64,000 nucleotides of DNA from Verrucomicrobiota bacterium (GCA_027622665.1 JAQBYT010000010.1:1-64000); one strand, 5' to 3'. Counted from the stretch's first letter, positions 38,153 through 48,052 are shown. Notes: generated by a model from the sequence alone, not told the origin. Numbers and translations: made by a program.

Positions 38153-39030
38153 TGAGCAGCAACTCCCCCGACAGACGGCTCTCAGTCGCCAAAACCTACA
38201 AATTGTACATTGGCGGCAAATTCCCCCGAACCGAATCAGGTAGAACCTTTGAGGCCCGCTCACACTCGGGTGACCTTCTCGCCAACCTCTGCCGAGCCTC
38301 CCGCAAGGATTTGCGCGAAGCTGTCGTAGTCGCTCGAAAAGCCTTTCCCGGTTGGGCAAAGCGATCGGGTTACAATAGAGGACAAATCCTATATCGAATC
38401 GCCGAAATAATGGAGGGTCGGATTGATCAATTGGTGAACGAAATATCTTCTCAGGGCGTGGCCCAAAAAAAGGCGCTCAAAGAAGTCGAGACCTCCATCG
38501 AACGCTTTGTGTATTATGCAGGGTGGGCCGACAAATATGCCCAAATCCACGGTTCGGTAAATCCGGTATCTACATCACACTTTAATTTTTCCGTCCCGGA
38601 ACCGATGGGAATCGTGGGAATAATCTCCCCTAACGAACCTTCTCTACTGGGTCTTGCCACACTACTTGCGCCAGCATTGGCGGGTGGAAACGTCGTCATC
38701 TCTCTTGTTTCGGAAACTCGTCCGCTAGCACCAGCAACTTTTGCCGAGATCCTCCACTCTTCGGACGTACCCGCCGGAGTAGTCAACATTCTGACGGGAT
38801 TCCGCAAAGAACTTCTTTCCGATTTCTCCACCCACATGGACGTGAATGCGATCCTTGCCGCGGATTTATCGCTCAAGGAAAGAAAACTTACTGAGGAAAA
38901 CTCCGCCCTGAACCTAAAACGGGTGGTGCATCTACCGGCCAAGGCCATTTCCGCTACGGATAATCCCGGAATATCTCCCATTCTCAGCTTACAGGAAACC
39001 AAGACTACTTGGCATCCGGTCGGGACCTAA
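38149..39030 (+). CDS. Short non-catalytic aldehyde-dehydrogenase-fold subunit
   Basis: KLYIGGK, RGQILYRIAE, YYAGWADK, EPMGIV, GVVNILTG, terminal KTTWHP; no ELGGK or catalytic Cys domain; ATGA overlap with the upstream gene. Confidence 0.88.
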   Translation: MMSSNSPDRRLSVAKTYKLYIGGKFPRTESGRTFEARSHSGDLLANLCRASRKDLREAVVVARKAFPGWAKRSGYNRGQILYRIAEIMEGRIDQLVNEISSQGVAQKKALKEVETSIERFVYYAGWADKYAQIHGSVNPVSTSHFNFSVPEPMGIVGIISPNEPSLLGLATLLAPALAGGNVVISLVSETRPLAPATFAEILHSSDVPAGVVNILTGFRKELLSDFSTHMDVNAILAADLSLKERKLTEENSALNLKRVVHLPAKAISATDNPGISPILSLQETKTTWHPVGT

Positions 39031-39031
39031 T

Positions 39032-39418
39032 TCACCAAATCGTGGTTACGGGGTATTTCTTAATTTCCTCGTCGGGCGTAAGAATGCTCAAACCTTCCGC
39101 CAAAGCAGTGGCCACGAGAATGCGGTCGATCGCATCATCGTGGTGATAAGGCAGTTCGGACAAGCGATAACAAGCTTCGCGCCTCAAGGGTAACGCCTTC
39201 ACCTGCCACAGTTCTCGTTGCTTCTCCACCCAGTCCCTCGGAACCTGCGGCATTTCGAGAGAACCGTCGTTATATTTCAGGCAAAGCTCAAGAACGGATG
39301 AATCGCTAAGGAAGAAATCATTGGTCTCGTCAGATAGCGTTTCAGTGGCGAGCCGACTCAGTTTAGTCGGTTCAGCCGCCAACCACACGAAAGGAAAAGT
39401 ATCCAACAGAACGCGCAT
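39032..39418 (-). CDS. vapC: PIN-domain (VapC-family) toxin
   Basis: LLDT, SVLEL, HHDDAIDRIL, LTPD carry the PIN acidic residues. Confidence 0.85.
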   Translation of the reverse strand: MRVLLDTFPFVWLAAEPTKLSRLATETLSDETNDFFLSDSSVLELCLKYNDGSLEMPQVPRDWVEKQRELWQVKALPLRREACYRLSELPYHHDDAIDRILVATALAEGLSILTPDEEIKKYPVTTIW

Positions 39419-39419
39419 G

Positions 39420-39659
39420 CTAAAAGTATACTATAGTATCTCCCACTTTCCCTTGGACCTCGCGTGTCTCCACTATTTTGACCGCTTTGGAAGTTGATTC
39501 TCCAACCGTGGGGCGCGGGCGTTTGGATTTTACTGAATGAGGAACCAACCGAACGACAGGTCGCTTCCCCTTGGCGATCACGACTTCACCGCCCGATTCG
39601 GCTTCATCCAGCAACCGAGACAAGTGAGTTTTCGCTTGGTGCGTAGTGTAAAGTGTCAT
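39420..39659 (-). CDS. Phd/YefM-family antitoxin
   Basis: HQAKTHLSRLLDEAESGGEVVIAKGKRPVVRLVP; 1 nt upstream of the PIN gene. Confidence 0.9.
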   Translation of the reverse strand: MTLYTTHQAKTHLSRLLDEAESGGEVVIAKGKRPVVRLVPHSVKSKRPRPTVGESTSKAVKIVETREVQGKVGDTIVYF

Positions 39660-39660
39660 G

Positions 39661-39695
39661 ACTTAGTTTTAATTTTTTTAAACTTAGCTAATTAA
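39661..39695. promoter_or_regulatory. Candidate TA autorepression operator
   Basis: Palindrome TTAGCTAA (39684-91); ACTTAG repeated at 39661 and 39682 in AT-rich DNA just upstream of the antitoxin. Confidence 0.35.
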
Positions 39696-39849
39696 CTTTT
39701 ATCGAGCAAGAGCAAAGAACTGGAGTATTCCATGTCGTGGGGTTCCGGGAAAAAATGTGTTACTTCCACATTCAAAGGCTTGCCGGAGAAGTAAAGTTGC
39801 CGGAAAGTAACATCATCCTTTCTTACTTAAATCCACAAATCACAACGCC

Positions 39850-40893
39850 ATGAACGCTAAAAGTCTCACACGTCGCGACTTTCTGTCCACAACGGCCATT
39901 GCGACCGCCTCGCTCGCCGCTGTTCCAGAACTATCTGCAAAACAGTTAGCTCCCAAAGGAAAAACATCGGAAAGCTACGTGAAGCTTTTGCATGCGTCCT
40001 TAAGCGATAGTCAAAAAAAAGTACTTTGCTTTCCTTGGGACCACAGGGATAAGAAAAACGGGTTGCTCCGAACCCATGTCTCCAACAATTGGCGTATCAC
40101 AAATCACGCTCTCACAAGCGATTTCTACACGAAAGAACAACAGGTCCTTATCCGAAAGACGTGGGAAGGGCTGGTAAATCCCGACTGGGTGGAACGATTC
40201 GACAAGCAGTTCAAGGACGATATGGGTGGGTTCGGTAAAAAACAAGGAATCGCCATCTTCGGGGACCCGATGACCAAAGGGGAAAACTACGAATTCGTTC
40301 TAACGGGTAGACATGGCACGGTACGGTGCGACGGTGATTCCGCAGACCACATGGCCTTTGGCGGTCCAATTGTTTATGGACATGCCGCCAGTGGTTACTA
40401 CGAAAAGGCTGCTCATCCAAACAACGTGTTCTGGCACCAAGCAGTAGCAGCCAACGATTTGTTCGAGATGCTAGATGGCAAGCAAAGAGAGAAAGCCCTG
40501 CGCCCCAAGGCACCGGAGGAATCCGACATCGGTTTTCGCTCAAAAGGCGAAGCGATTGATGGAATCGCCATTGAATCCTTTTCCCGTGATCAAAAGGAGC
40601 ATGCCCAAAAATTACTCCATTCTCTACTGGAACCCTATCGCCTAAAAGACCGCGAAGAAGCATTGACTGCACTCAAGAAGCAGGGCGGATTGGATGCCTG
40701 TCATCTCACTTTTTACAAAGAAGACGATCTGGCTAACGATGGCATCTGGGACAATTGGCGCCTCGAAGGCCCATCATTCGTCTGGCATTACCGGGGGGCT
40801 CCACACGTACATGTCTGGTTAAACATTGCAGACACTGCAAAAGTCGATTTGAACTCCAACAACCGCTCAGGGCCGCTGCGCCAAAAGAGCTAA
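39850..40893 (+). CDS. DUF3500 domain protein, Tat-exported
   Basis: TRRDFLS; LHASLSDSQK; AIFGDP; TGRH; WRLEGPSFVW..RGAPHVH. Confidence 0.85.
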   Translation: MNAKSLTRRDFLSTTAIATASLAAVPELSAKQLAPKGKTSESYVKLLHASLSDSQKKVLCFPWDHRDKKNGLLRTHVSNNWRITNHALTSDFYTKEQQVLIRKTWEGLVNPDWVERFDKQFKDDMGGFGKKQGIAIFGDPMTKGENYEFVLTGRHGTVRCDGDSADHMAFGGPIVYGHAASGYYEKAAHPNNVFWHQAVAANDLFEMLDGKQREKALRPKAPEESDIGFRSKGEAIDGIAIESFSRDQKEHAQKLLHSLLEPYRLKDREEALTALKKQGGLDACHLTFYKEDDLANDGIWDNWRLEGPSFVWHYRGAPHVHVWLNIADTAKVDLNSNNRSGPLRQKS

Positions 40894-40925
40894 ACTTTTC
40901 TCAGACCAAAACAAGGAAGATTATT

Positions 40926-42182
40926 ATGAAGAAAATTCTAGCTAAAATCACACGTCGCGATTTCCTCGCGGCCTCCACCACTGGGGCAACAGCTTTTACG
41001 ATCGTGCCTCGTAACGTTCTTGGAGCTCCGGCAGTTCCACCGTCCGAAAAACTGGGAGGCGCCCTCATCGGTTGCGGCGGGCGAGGACCTGGCACCTACT
41101 CGGGCATGTGCAAGGATCTGAATGTTGAGCTTTTGGCCGCCTGTGACGTCGACATCCGAAAAGCCCAACGTTTCGCTGACTCTCGGAACAAAGGAAAGGC
41201 AAAAGCGTACCAAGACTTCAGACGCCTTCTGGAGCGAGACGACATCGACGTCGTCTCCATCGCCACCCCACCTCATTGGCATGCAAGCATTTCAATCGCG
41301 GCCGCTGAAGCGGGAAAAGACGTGCTTTGCGAAAAGCCCATGACGCGTTTTATAGCTGAGGGGCGAGCAGTCGTGAATACCTTCGAACGCTATGGTCGCG
41401 TGTTTCAGATCGGCACATTCGGACGTTTTGGGAGAAGTCGCGACCGAGGTTCCATAGACAAGCACAAGATAATGGCGAGCGGCCTTCTCCAGAACTGCGA
41501 AGCGGTGCGTATAAAAAAAGGCGGGCTCAAGATTAGGCAATGGAGCGGTCGCCCGGGCATTCCACCCCAAACGATTCCCGACGAACTCGACTGGGATCTC
41601 TATTGCGGCCCTTCACCGTGGAAGCCATACGAAAGTCGCCGAACCGGAGGTACTCATCGTGGTTATTGGGACTACGAAGGCGGCGGCATGTGCGACATGG
41701 GGCAACATCACTACGACCCCGAGCAGTGGACCTACGCAAAGGACCACACAAGCCCCGTGGAGATTACGCCTTTCGCCCCGCCCGCTCATCCCGAGGTAAC
41801 CGGCATGTGGGCATGGGTAGAATTAAAGTATGCCGACGGTTTTCGATTTGTTATGGAAAGTGGCGAATGGGGCCCAAAATACAACAGCAGGCCTGAACGG
41901 GACGTGAGCATGAACGATCTGTCCGCCGAGAATCAGGAAAAAATCAAGGCCATGCCCGACCCCGAACCATTGCTCTCTTTCGGAGAAGCCGTGAAGCAAA
42001 GAAAGAAAGCGGGGGGGCATCCGGAAGCCGCCCACCGGGCAGCCTGCATCCTCCATTTAGCGAATCTGTCCATACGATTGGGGCGGAAGCTCCACTACGA
42101 CCCCGACAAGGAGGTATTCGTCAACGACGATGAAGCCAATCGATTCCTCGCCCCGCCCATGAGCGCTCCTTGGCGCGTTTGA
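40926..42182 (+). CDS. Gfo/Idh/MocA oxidoreductase, Tat-exported
   Basis: TRRDFLA; IGCGGRG; ATPPHWH; CEKP; LDWDLYCGP; DMGQHH. Confidence 0.92.
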   Translation: MKKILAKITRRDFLAASTTGATAFTIVPRNVLGAPAVPPSEKLGGALIGCGGRGPGTYSGMCKDLNVELLAACDVDIRKAQRFADSRNKGKAKAYQDFRRLLERDDIDVVSIATPPHWHASISIAAAEAGKDVLCEKPMTRFIAEGRAVVNTFERYGRVFQIGTFGRFGRSRDRGSIDKHKIMASGLLQNCEAVRIKKGGLKIRQWSGRPGIPPQTIPDELDWDLYCGPSPWKPYESRRTGGTHRGYWDYEGGGMCDMGQHHYDPEQWTYAKDHTSPVEITPFAPPAHPEVTGMWAWVELKYADGFRFVMESGEWGPKYNSRPERDVSMNDLSAENQEKIKAMPDPEPLLSFGEAVKQRKKAGGHPEAAHRAACILHLANLSIRLGRKLHYDPDKEVFVNDDEANRFLAPPMSAPWRV

Positions 42183-42219
42183 TCAAACAAAGTATTAAAC
42201 CCGCAAACCAACACCCATT

Positions 42220-43053
42220 ATGAGCGCCAAAGACATCATTAAAGCTTTCCCCACACCCGCGAGTGGGGGCATCCTCAGCACGATCGACAAAGAAGCCTGC
42301 GAAAAAGCCGTTGCTGAAATCATCGCAGGCGGAGAGAAGATCTTACGCGAACTGGTCGACCTGCTACAAGAACCCGGCAAAGGCGAAGACATACAAGTTC
42401 GGCACGCTATTAACGCCGCAGCTATCCGCGTAGGAGGTCCGACAAACAAGAAGGCTCGCAAAGCGTTCGCCCATTCCCTGGCAGGAACCCTCGCAGACGA
42501 CAGACCCAAAGCGGTCAAGGGCTTCATCCTGAGGCAACTGCAAATCTGCGCAGGACCCGAAGAAGGAAACGCCATAGCCGCCTTTCTGACCGACCCCGAT
42601 GAGCACCTCTACGAATACGCCGCACAAGCCCTCGAAGCCTTCGGCCCAGCCACTACGGAACATTTCCGCAAGGCCTACAAGAAAGCCAAGGGAGCTCCGC
42701 GGCTCACCATATTGCAAGGTCTGGGTGTGCTCCGAGACGAGAGTTCCGCACAGGTCTTCCGAGCTGCAGCAAAGGAAGATGATCTTGAGATTAGACTCTG
42801 CGGGCTATGGGGCTTGATGCGTATCGCTTCGGACGCGGACGCTGAACTGATCCTCTCTACCTCTGCAAAGGAAAAGGGCTGGGCTCGGATAAAGTCGACC
42901 GGATATTGCCTGCAACTCGCCGAGGCTCTGGCGGACAACGGCAAGAAAAAGGAAGCAAAGTCCATCTACAAGGAACTTCAAAAAACACGAGTAACCGCAA
43001 ACGAGGCTCACATTTTGAAAGCCTGTGAAATTGGCTTGTCGAAACTAGGCTAA
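42220..43053 (+). CDS. HEAT-repeat protein
   Basis: Helical repeats (FILRQLQ, AAQALEAFG, LQGLGVLRD); no signal peptide. Confidence 0.78.
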   Translation: MSAKDIIKAFPTPASGGILSTIDKEACEKAVAEIIAGGEKILRELVDLLQEPGKGEDIQVRHAINAAAIRVGGPTNKKARKAFAHSLAGTLADDRPKAVKGFILRQLQICAGPEEGNAIAAFLTDPDEHLYEYAAQALEAFGPATTEHFRKAYKKAKGAPRLTILQGLGVLRDESSAQVFRAAAKEDDLEIRLCGLWGLMRIASDADAELILSTSAKEKGWARIKSTGYCLQLAEALADNGKKKEAKSIYKELQKTRVTANEAHILKACEIGLSKLG

Positions 43054-43073
43054 ACGCCAAGGAGATTACAACC

Positions 43074-43799
43074 ATGGACACATCCATTCGTTTTCTCACT
43101 ATCGTGGCAACGACCACTCTCATGATGGGCCTTGGAGCCTTGGCAAAGAAGGACAAAGGCTTTGTCAGTCTATTCAACGGCAAGGATCTGAAAGGCTGGA
43201 AGACACCTGCCGGCACCCATGCGTGGAAAGTCATCGATGGAGTGATCGATTACGAAGCCAAGGGCGGGAACTTAGTTACCGAGAAAAGTTTTGGCGATTA
43301 TACCCTGAGGCTGGACTGGCGCTTCAAACGAACGGCCGGCCCTCCCTACAACGCCAAGATCTTCGACGCAGAGGGTAATCAAAAGAAGGGCAAGGACGGC
43401 AAACCCATGACCAAACCCGTTAAGAACGCGGACTCGGGTATTTTCGTGCGCGGCTCGGGAAACTCACAGGTAAATCTCTGGTGCTGGCCTTGCGGTTCGG
43501 GTCACTTGTGGGCCTTTCACCAGAGCGATAACCCATCCATTCGCAAAGGAGCTATGCCCAAATTGAATGCCGACAAACCAGTGGGTGAATGGAACGAAAT
43601 GGAAATCACCATGAAGGGAGAAACGGCCACCGTGATCATGAACGAAAAAACGGTAATCGACCGATCGGAAATGCCCGGCGTGGGTACCAAGGGTCCCATA
43701 GTGCTGCAACACCATGGGGGTTACGACGAGAAGAACAAGACATGGAGCTCCGCCTCCGCACTCATCCAGTTCCGTAATATCAAAATCAAGGCACTTTAA
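43074..43799 (+). CDS. DUF1080 exported protein
   Basis: LFNGKDLKGW, DSGIFVRG, KPVGEWN, GPIVLQHHG, FRNI. Confidence 0.92.
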   Translation: MDTSIRFLTIVATTTLMMGLGALAKKDKGFVSLFNGKDLKGWKTPAGTHAWKVIDGVIDYEAKGGNLVTEKSFGDYTLRLDWRFKRTAGPPYNAKIFDAEGNQKKGKDGKPMTKPVKNADSGIFVRGSGNSQVNLWCWPCGSGHLWAFHQSDNPSIRKGAMPKLNADKPVGEWNEMEITMKGETATVIMNEKTVIDRSEMPGVGTKGPIVLQHHGGYDEKNKTWSSASALIQFRNIKIKAL

Positions 43800-43819
43800 A
43801 AACGAGATTTGTCTCGTTT
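43800..43819. terminator. Hairpin immediately after the stop codon, possible intrinsic terminator
   Basis: AAACGAGA-TTTG-TCTCGTTT. Confidence 0.45.
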
Positions 43820-43853
43820 CTAAGCTATTCCGAAATCTTGTTACCGATCGACT

Positions 43854-45110
43854 ATGAATAAACTTCTTCCTCTTGCTATATGTTCGTTATTTCTTGGGAA
43901 TGCCACTCTTCATGCAAAGCCTTCCTATTGGAATCAATTTCGTGGTTCCAACGGAGATGGAGACGCAGGTGACGCCATTTTGCCTCTGGTATTTAATGAA
44001 GGTCATCCAAACATAACCTGGAAAACGCCGGTAACGGGGAAGGCATGGTCTTCGCCAGTGATTCGGGACGGGATGGTCTGGCTGACGAATGCCTTGCTTG
44101 ACGGGCAGAAAATGTGGGCCGTTTGTCTCGATTTCGAAACAGGAAAAATGCTTCACGAGACTCTGGTGTTCGAGAACGGAAAACCACAATTTTGTCACAA
44201 TATGAACAGCTATGCCACACCCACTCCTGTGATTGAGGGTGGACGCGTCTTCGTTCACTTCGGTACGCACGGGACAGCGGCACTCGATGCCAAAACGGGT
44301 AAGAAGCTTTGGGAGAGGCGGGATTTCAAATGCAACCACCACAGAGGTGCCGCCGCCTCACCCATCCCGTTCGAGAAATCTCTCATCGTTCACTTCGACG
44401 GGTTCGACCTCCAATACGTGGTCAGTCTCAGCCAAGATACGGGCGAAACGCTATGGCGTAAGAATCGCGCCTTCGACTTCGGAACCAACAACGGCGACAA
44501 TAAAAAGGCGTACTGCACGCCATCGGTTATAAAACATAAGGATCGCTTGGAACTGATTAGTCCGGCGGCGGCGGCCACGGAATCCCGCAACCCTCGCACG
44601 GGCGAACTCTTTTGGACTGCGCGAACGGGCGGCATGAACAGTTCCTCACGCCCCATCTATCGCGATGGGCTAGTATACGTATTCAATGGAATGGGCTCGA
44701 TATCAGCCATCAAGCCTGGAGGGACGGGAGACGTCGACAAGACCCACATTGCATGGGCACGGCGGAAGGTCGTCGCAAAAAAATCGTCGCCTTTGCTTCT
44801 CGACGGGCTCCTATACATGACCTCCGACGAAGGCGTTGCATCCTGTTCGAACCCGCAAACAGGTGAGATCATATGGGCGGAACGTTTAGGCGGAAAGGGT
44901 CAATACGCCGCATCCCCCATCCATGCAAACGGTCATATCTACTTTTCATCCAGTGAAGGAGATTTTCCCGTGCTGAAAGCTGGACGGAAATTCGAAATAA
45001 TATCGCGCAACAAACTTGATGCGGGATGCATGGCCTCTCCCGCCATTGTGGGAAATGCATTGGTAATTCGAACGAAAACCCATGTTTACCGAATCGAGAA
45101 AAGTTCGTAA
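43854..45110 (+). CDS. PQQ-binding-like beta-propeller repeat protein, exported
   Basis: WNQFRG, WKT...G.AWSSPVI, YATPTP, ALDAKTGKKLW, ASPI, MASPAI. Confidence 0.9.
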   Translation: MNKLLPLAICSLFLGNATLHAKPSYWNQFRGSNGDGDAGDAILPLVFNEGHPNITWKTPVTGKAWSSPVIRDGMVWLTNALLDGQKMWAVCLDFETGKMLHETLVFENGKPQFCHNMNSYATPTPVIEGGRVFVHFGTHGTAALDAKTGKKLWERRDFKCNHHRGAAASPIPFEKSLIVHFDGFDLQYVVSLSQDTGETLWRKNRAFDFGTNNGDNKKAYCTPSVIKHKDRLELISPAAAATESRNPRTGELFWTARTGGMNSSSRPIYRDGLVYVFNGMGSISAIKPGGTGDVDKTHIAWARRKVVAKKSSPLLLDGLLYMTSDEGVASCSNPQTGEIIWAERLGGKGQYAASPIHANGHIYFSSSEGDFPVLKAGRKFEIISRNKLDAGCMASPAIVGNALVIRTKTHVYRIEKSS

Positions 45111-45180
45111 TTAAGCGGCGAAACCCTGACACTTGTTTTTGGCCGACAACCATCAAGTTCCGACAAACAATCCAACGACT

Positions 45181-46701
45181 ATGAAACCACTCATCGCCCT
45201 CGTCATCACCTTAACCATCAGCTCTACCCTAAAAGCTGAACTGAACTATGAAGCCGTTTCCGACTGGATTAAACTGCCTGAAGGTCGGGAGAACATTGGC
45301 AACATGCACGGCGACGTCGCGGTTAGCTCTGCCGGAGAAATATACGTAAGCGTTCAAGATCCCAAAGCGGGGTTACAAGTATACAGCGCCGACGGAAAAT
45401 GGATTCGGAACGTTAAGGGAGCCCCAAACGACTTTCACGGTTTTGTCATCCGAAAACAAGAAGACGGCGAATTCCTATACGGACCGCGCCTCGGTGGAGG
45501 CGAAATTCTAAAAATGACGCTGGACGGCGAGATAAAGCTACGAATCCCCGCCTCCGCGATTCCGGACAAGTACAAAAAAGGGGGACTTGTTCGCTTAACC
45601 GGCATGGACGTAGCCCCGAACGGCGACCTCTTTGTAGTGGACGGTTATTCCTCCGACTACATTCACCACTTCGACAAAACCGGCAAGCACCTCGCTTCCT
45701 TTGGCGGCAAGGGCGAACCCTACAAATTCCGCACCCTCCACAAGATCGCGATCGACACGCGTTTCGATCCCCCTCGCATAATCGGTACGGACCGGGCCAA
45801 CATGAGAGCAGTGCACTTGTCGCTCGACGGAAAGTTTCTCGGAGTGATCGCCAAAGACCTTCTTCTGCCCGCCTGCGTAGCAATCCAAGGGGACCTTGCC
45901 GCCATTGGCGAAATCAAGGGACGCGTCAGCTTGCTCGATAAATCGGGCAAGGTGGTTAAGCAATTGGGACACAACAAAAACGCCAAGGAAGTCGGTACCA
46001 ACCGCACTCCGAAATCCGCTTGGCGCACTGGTTTCGTGACCGCTCCCCATGGCGTGGCATTCAACGCATCCGGCGACGTAATAGTCGCTGAATACAGTAA
46101 TGCCGGGCGCGTTCATCGCTTCAAGAATCTGAACGGTTCCTCGGACAAGACCTCTGGCACGAGCGAACAAGACCTCAAACCCATCCTCGGGAAAGACCTC
46201 GCCAACTGGCAAGTGCCCTCGGGCAACGACAAAGCGGGATGGTACAAGGTAAATAACGGAGTCTTGGAAATTCGAAACGGACCCAAGAAAAAAGGCTCCA
46301 TCCTATGGACGAAAAAGAACTATCGGAATTTCGTGATGGAATTCGACTTCCGCTTCGGCGAAGGCACGGTCGACTCCGGGATCCACGTTCGCAACCAAGA
46401 CCAAATTCAAATCGGAATTTCCGGATCTCTCAAACGCGACATGACTGGCTCCCCATACATTCCCGGCAAAGGCTATCCGGTCGAGGCGAAGAACATCAAG
46501 AAGCTCCTCAAGGCGAAGGAATGGAACACCATGCGCATCCGGGCCATCGGCAATCAATATACGGTTTGGTTACAGGGCGAAGAGGTAATGACCTACAAGT
46601 CCGGTTCGGCAAAGGAGGAAGGTCCCATCGGCATCCAGTTGCACGGCGGGCGTATCATGGGAATCGACTTCCGCAACATGAAGGTCGCCGAACTCCCTTG
46701 A
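45181..46701 (+). CDS. NHL-type beta-propeller + DUF1080 fusion, exported
   Basis: HGDVAV, APNGDLFVVDGY, DRAN, APHGVAF; then DSGIHVR, GPIGIQLHG, FRNM. Confidence 0.85.
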   Translation: MKPLIALVITLTISSTLKAELNYEAVSDWIKLPEGRENIGNMHGDVAVSSAGEIYVSVQDPKAGLQVYSADGKWIRNVKGAPNDFHGFVIRKQEDGEFLYGPRLGGGEILKMTLDGEIKLRIPASAIPDKYKKGGLVRLTGMDVAPNGDLFVVDGYSSDYIHHFDKTGKHLASFGGKGEPYKFRTLHKIAIDTRFDPPRIIGTDRANMRAVHLSLDGKFLGVIAKDLLLPACVAIQGDLAAIGEIKGRVSLLDKSGKVVKQLGHNKNAKEVGTNRTPKSAWRTGFVTAPHGVAFNASGDVIVAEYSNAGRVHRFKNLNGSSDKTSGTSEQDLKPILGKDLANWQVPSGNDKAGWYKVNNGVLEIRNGPKKKGSILWTKKNYRNFVMEFDFRFGEGTVDSGIHVRNQDQIQIGISGSLKRDMTGSPYIPGKGYPVEAKNIKKLLKAKEWNTMRIRAIGNQYTVWLQGEEVMTYKSGSAKEEGPIGIQLHGGRIMGIDFRNMKVAELP

Positions 46702-46810
46702 ATGCCACCTATTCCGCTTCGGCAGTATGACGTGGATTAGGGCTGACCGGGTAATAGAAGACCGCATAGTGGAGAAGTGATGAACTTCGCTTCTTAACCC
46801 ATTACCTTTT

Positions 46811-47950
46811 ATGGCCAAGCTATCCGCCGTCGCCAAACTCCTGCGAGACCTCGTAGCCCTACCCAGCGTAAACCCGGCTTTTCTCCCCAACGATTCCGAG
46901 CGCACGGGCGAGGAAAGAATCGCCTCATATTTAACCGACCTTGCCCGCAAACAAGGCCTCGAGATTTCTCGGCAAAACGTTCTGCCCGGACGCAAAAACC
47001 TGTTCGTGCGGCTAAAACCTACAGGCAAGGTAAGGCGTCGCATCGTCCTCGCCCCCCACCTCGACGTAGTACCCGCCGAGGACAAGCAATTTACTCCGCG
47101 AGTGAGGAACGGTCGCCTGCATGGCCGCGGTGCCTGCGACACAAAGGGTTCCGTCGCCGCCTTCTTTCATGCCCTACTTGAACTGGCCAAAGGCAAGAAC
47201 CGCCCGGCGGAAACTGAAATTCTGTTTGTGGGATTAGTCGACGAAGAGTATGGGCAATCAGGTTCTCGCATCTTTGGGGAACGAGGACCTAAGGCCGATC
47301 TAGCGATTGCGGGCGAACCCACCCAGCTGCAGGTCGTGACCGCCCACAAGGGAAACCTCTGGCTACGATTCGAGACCCGGGGGAAAGCCGCCCATGGAGC
47401 CACTCCTCACCTCGGCAAAAGCGCCATCCATAAAATGGCTCGCATCACAGAAGTACTTCTCACCGAGTACGCCGATGAACTCAGAAAGCGAACGCACCCC
47501 CTGCTCGGTCATCCGAGCATAAACATAGGAACAATAAAAGGGGGTAGCCAAACCAACGTCGTACCCGAACGTTGCAGTATAGAGATCGACCGACGAACCT
47601 TGCCCAGCGAAACCGAGGAATCCGTCTTCAAAGAAATCAATCGCATTCTGGCCAAACGAAAACTCAAGGTAGTGAACCCGCAGGAGTCGCGCGGCGTACC
47701 CTGCCCACCACTGGAAACCAATCCGGAGCTCCCTATCGTCCGGAAATTCCTAAAAGCCGCCAAACGCCGCAAACCCAAAGGAGTCGATTACTTCACCGAC
47801 GCCTCACCCATCGCCATGGGCGGAACTCCCGCCATCGTCTTCGGTCCCGGCGACATAGCCCAAGCCCACTCCGCCGACGAATGGATCGACCTTGACCAAC
47901 TCGATCAAGCCTCCGCCGTTATTCTACGCTTCCTGTATGAGCAGCCTTAA
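46811..47950 (+). CDS. M20 metallopeptidase (ArgE/DapE family)
   Basis: PHLDVVP, GRGACDTKG, DEE, GEPT, GKAAHG, TDA, GPGDIAQAHSADE. Confidence 0.92.
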   Translation: MAKLSAVAKLLRDLVALPSVNPAFLPNDSERTGEERIASYLTDLARKQGLEISRQNVLPGRKNLFVRLKPTGKVRRRIVLAPHLDVVPAEDKQFTPRVRNGRLHGRGACDTKGSVAAFFHALLELAKGKNRPAETEILFVGLVDEEYGQSGSRIFGERGPKADLAIAGEPTQLQVVTAHKGNLWLRFETRGKAAHGATPHLGKSAIHKMARITEVLLTEYADELRKRTHPLLGHPSINIGTIKGGSQTNVVPERCSIEIDRRTLPSETEESVFKEINRILAKRKLKVVNPQESRGVPCPPLETNPELPIVRKFLKAAKRRKPKGVDYFTDASPIAMGGTPAIVFGPGDIAQAHSADEWIDLDQLDQASAVILRFLYEQP

Positions 47951-48052
47951 TGGATGGGGAGTCTGAAGATCGAATGGTAGTGACTGTGGCAAAGTACTTG
48001 CGCCAACAGGTAAAGACCTCTTAGGTTATTATTAAATAAATCCTTAGGAAAT

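Noticed and set aside
43854..45110. BamB or a true PQQ dehydrogenase
   Set aside because: No lipobox or bam context; belongs to the expanded PVC PQQ-like propeller family of unknown function.
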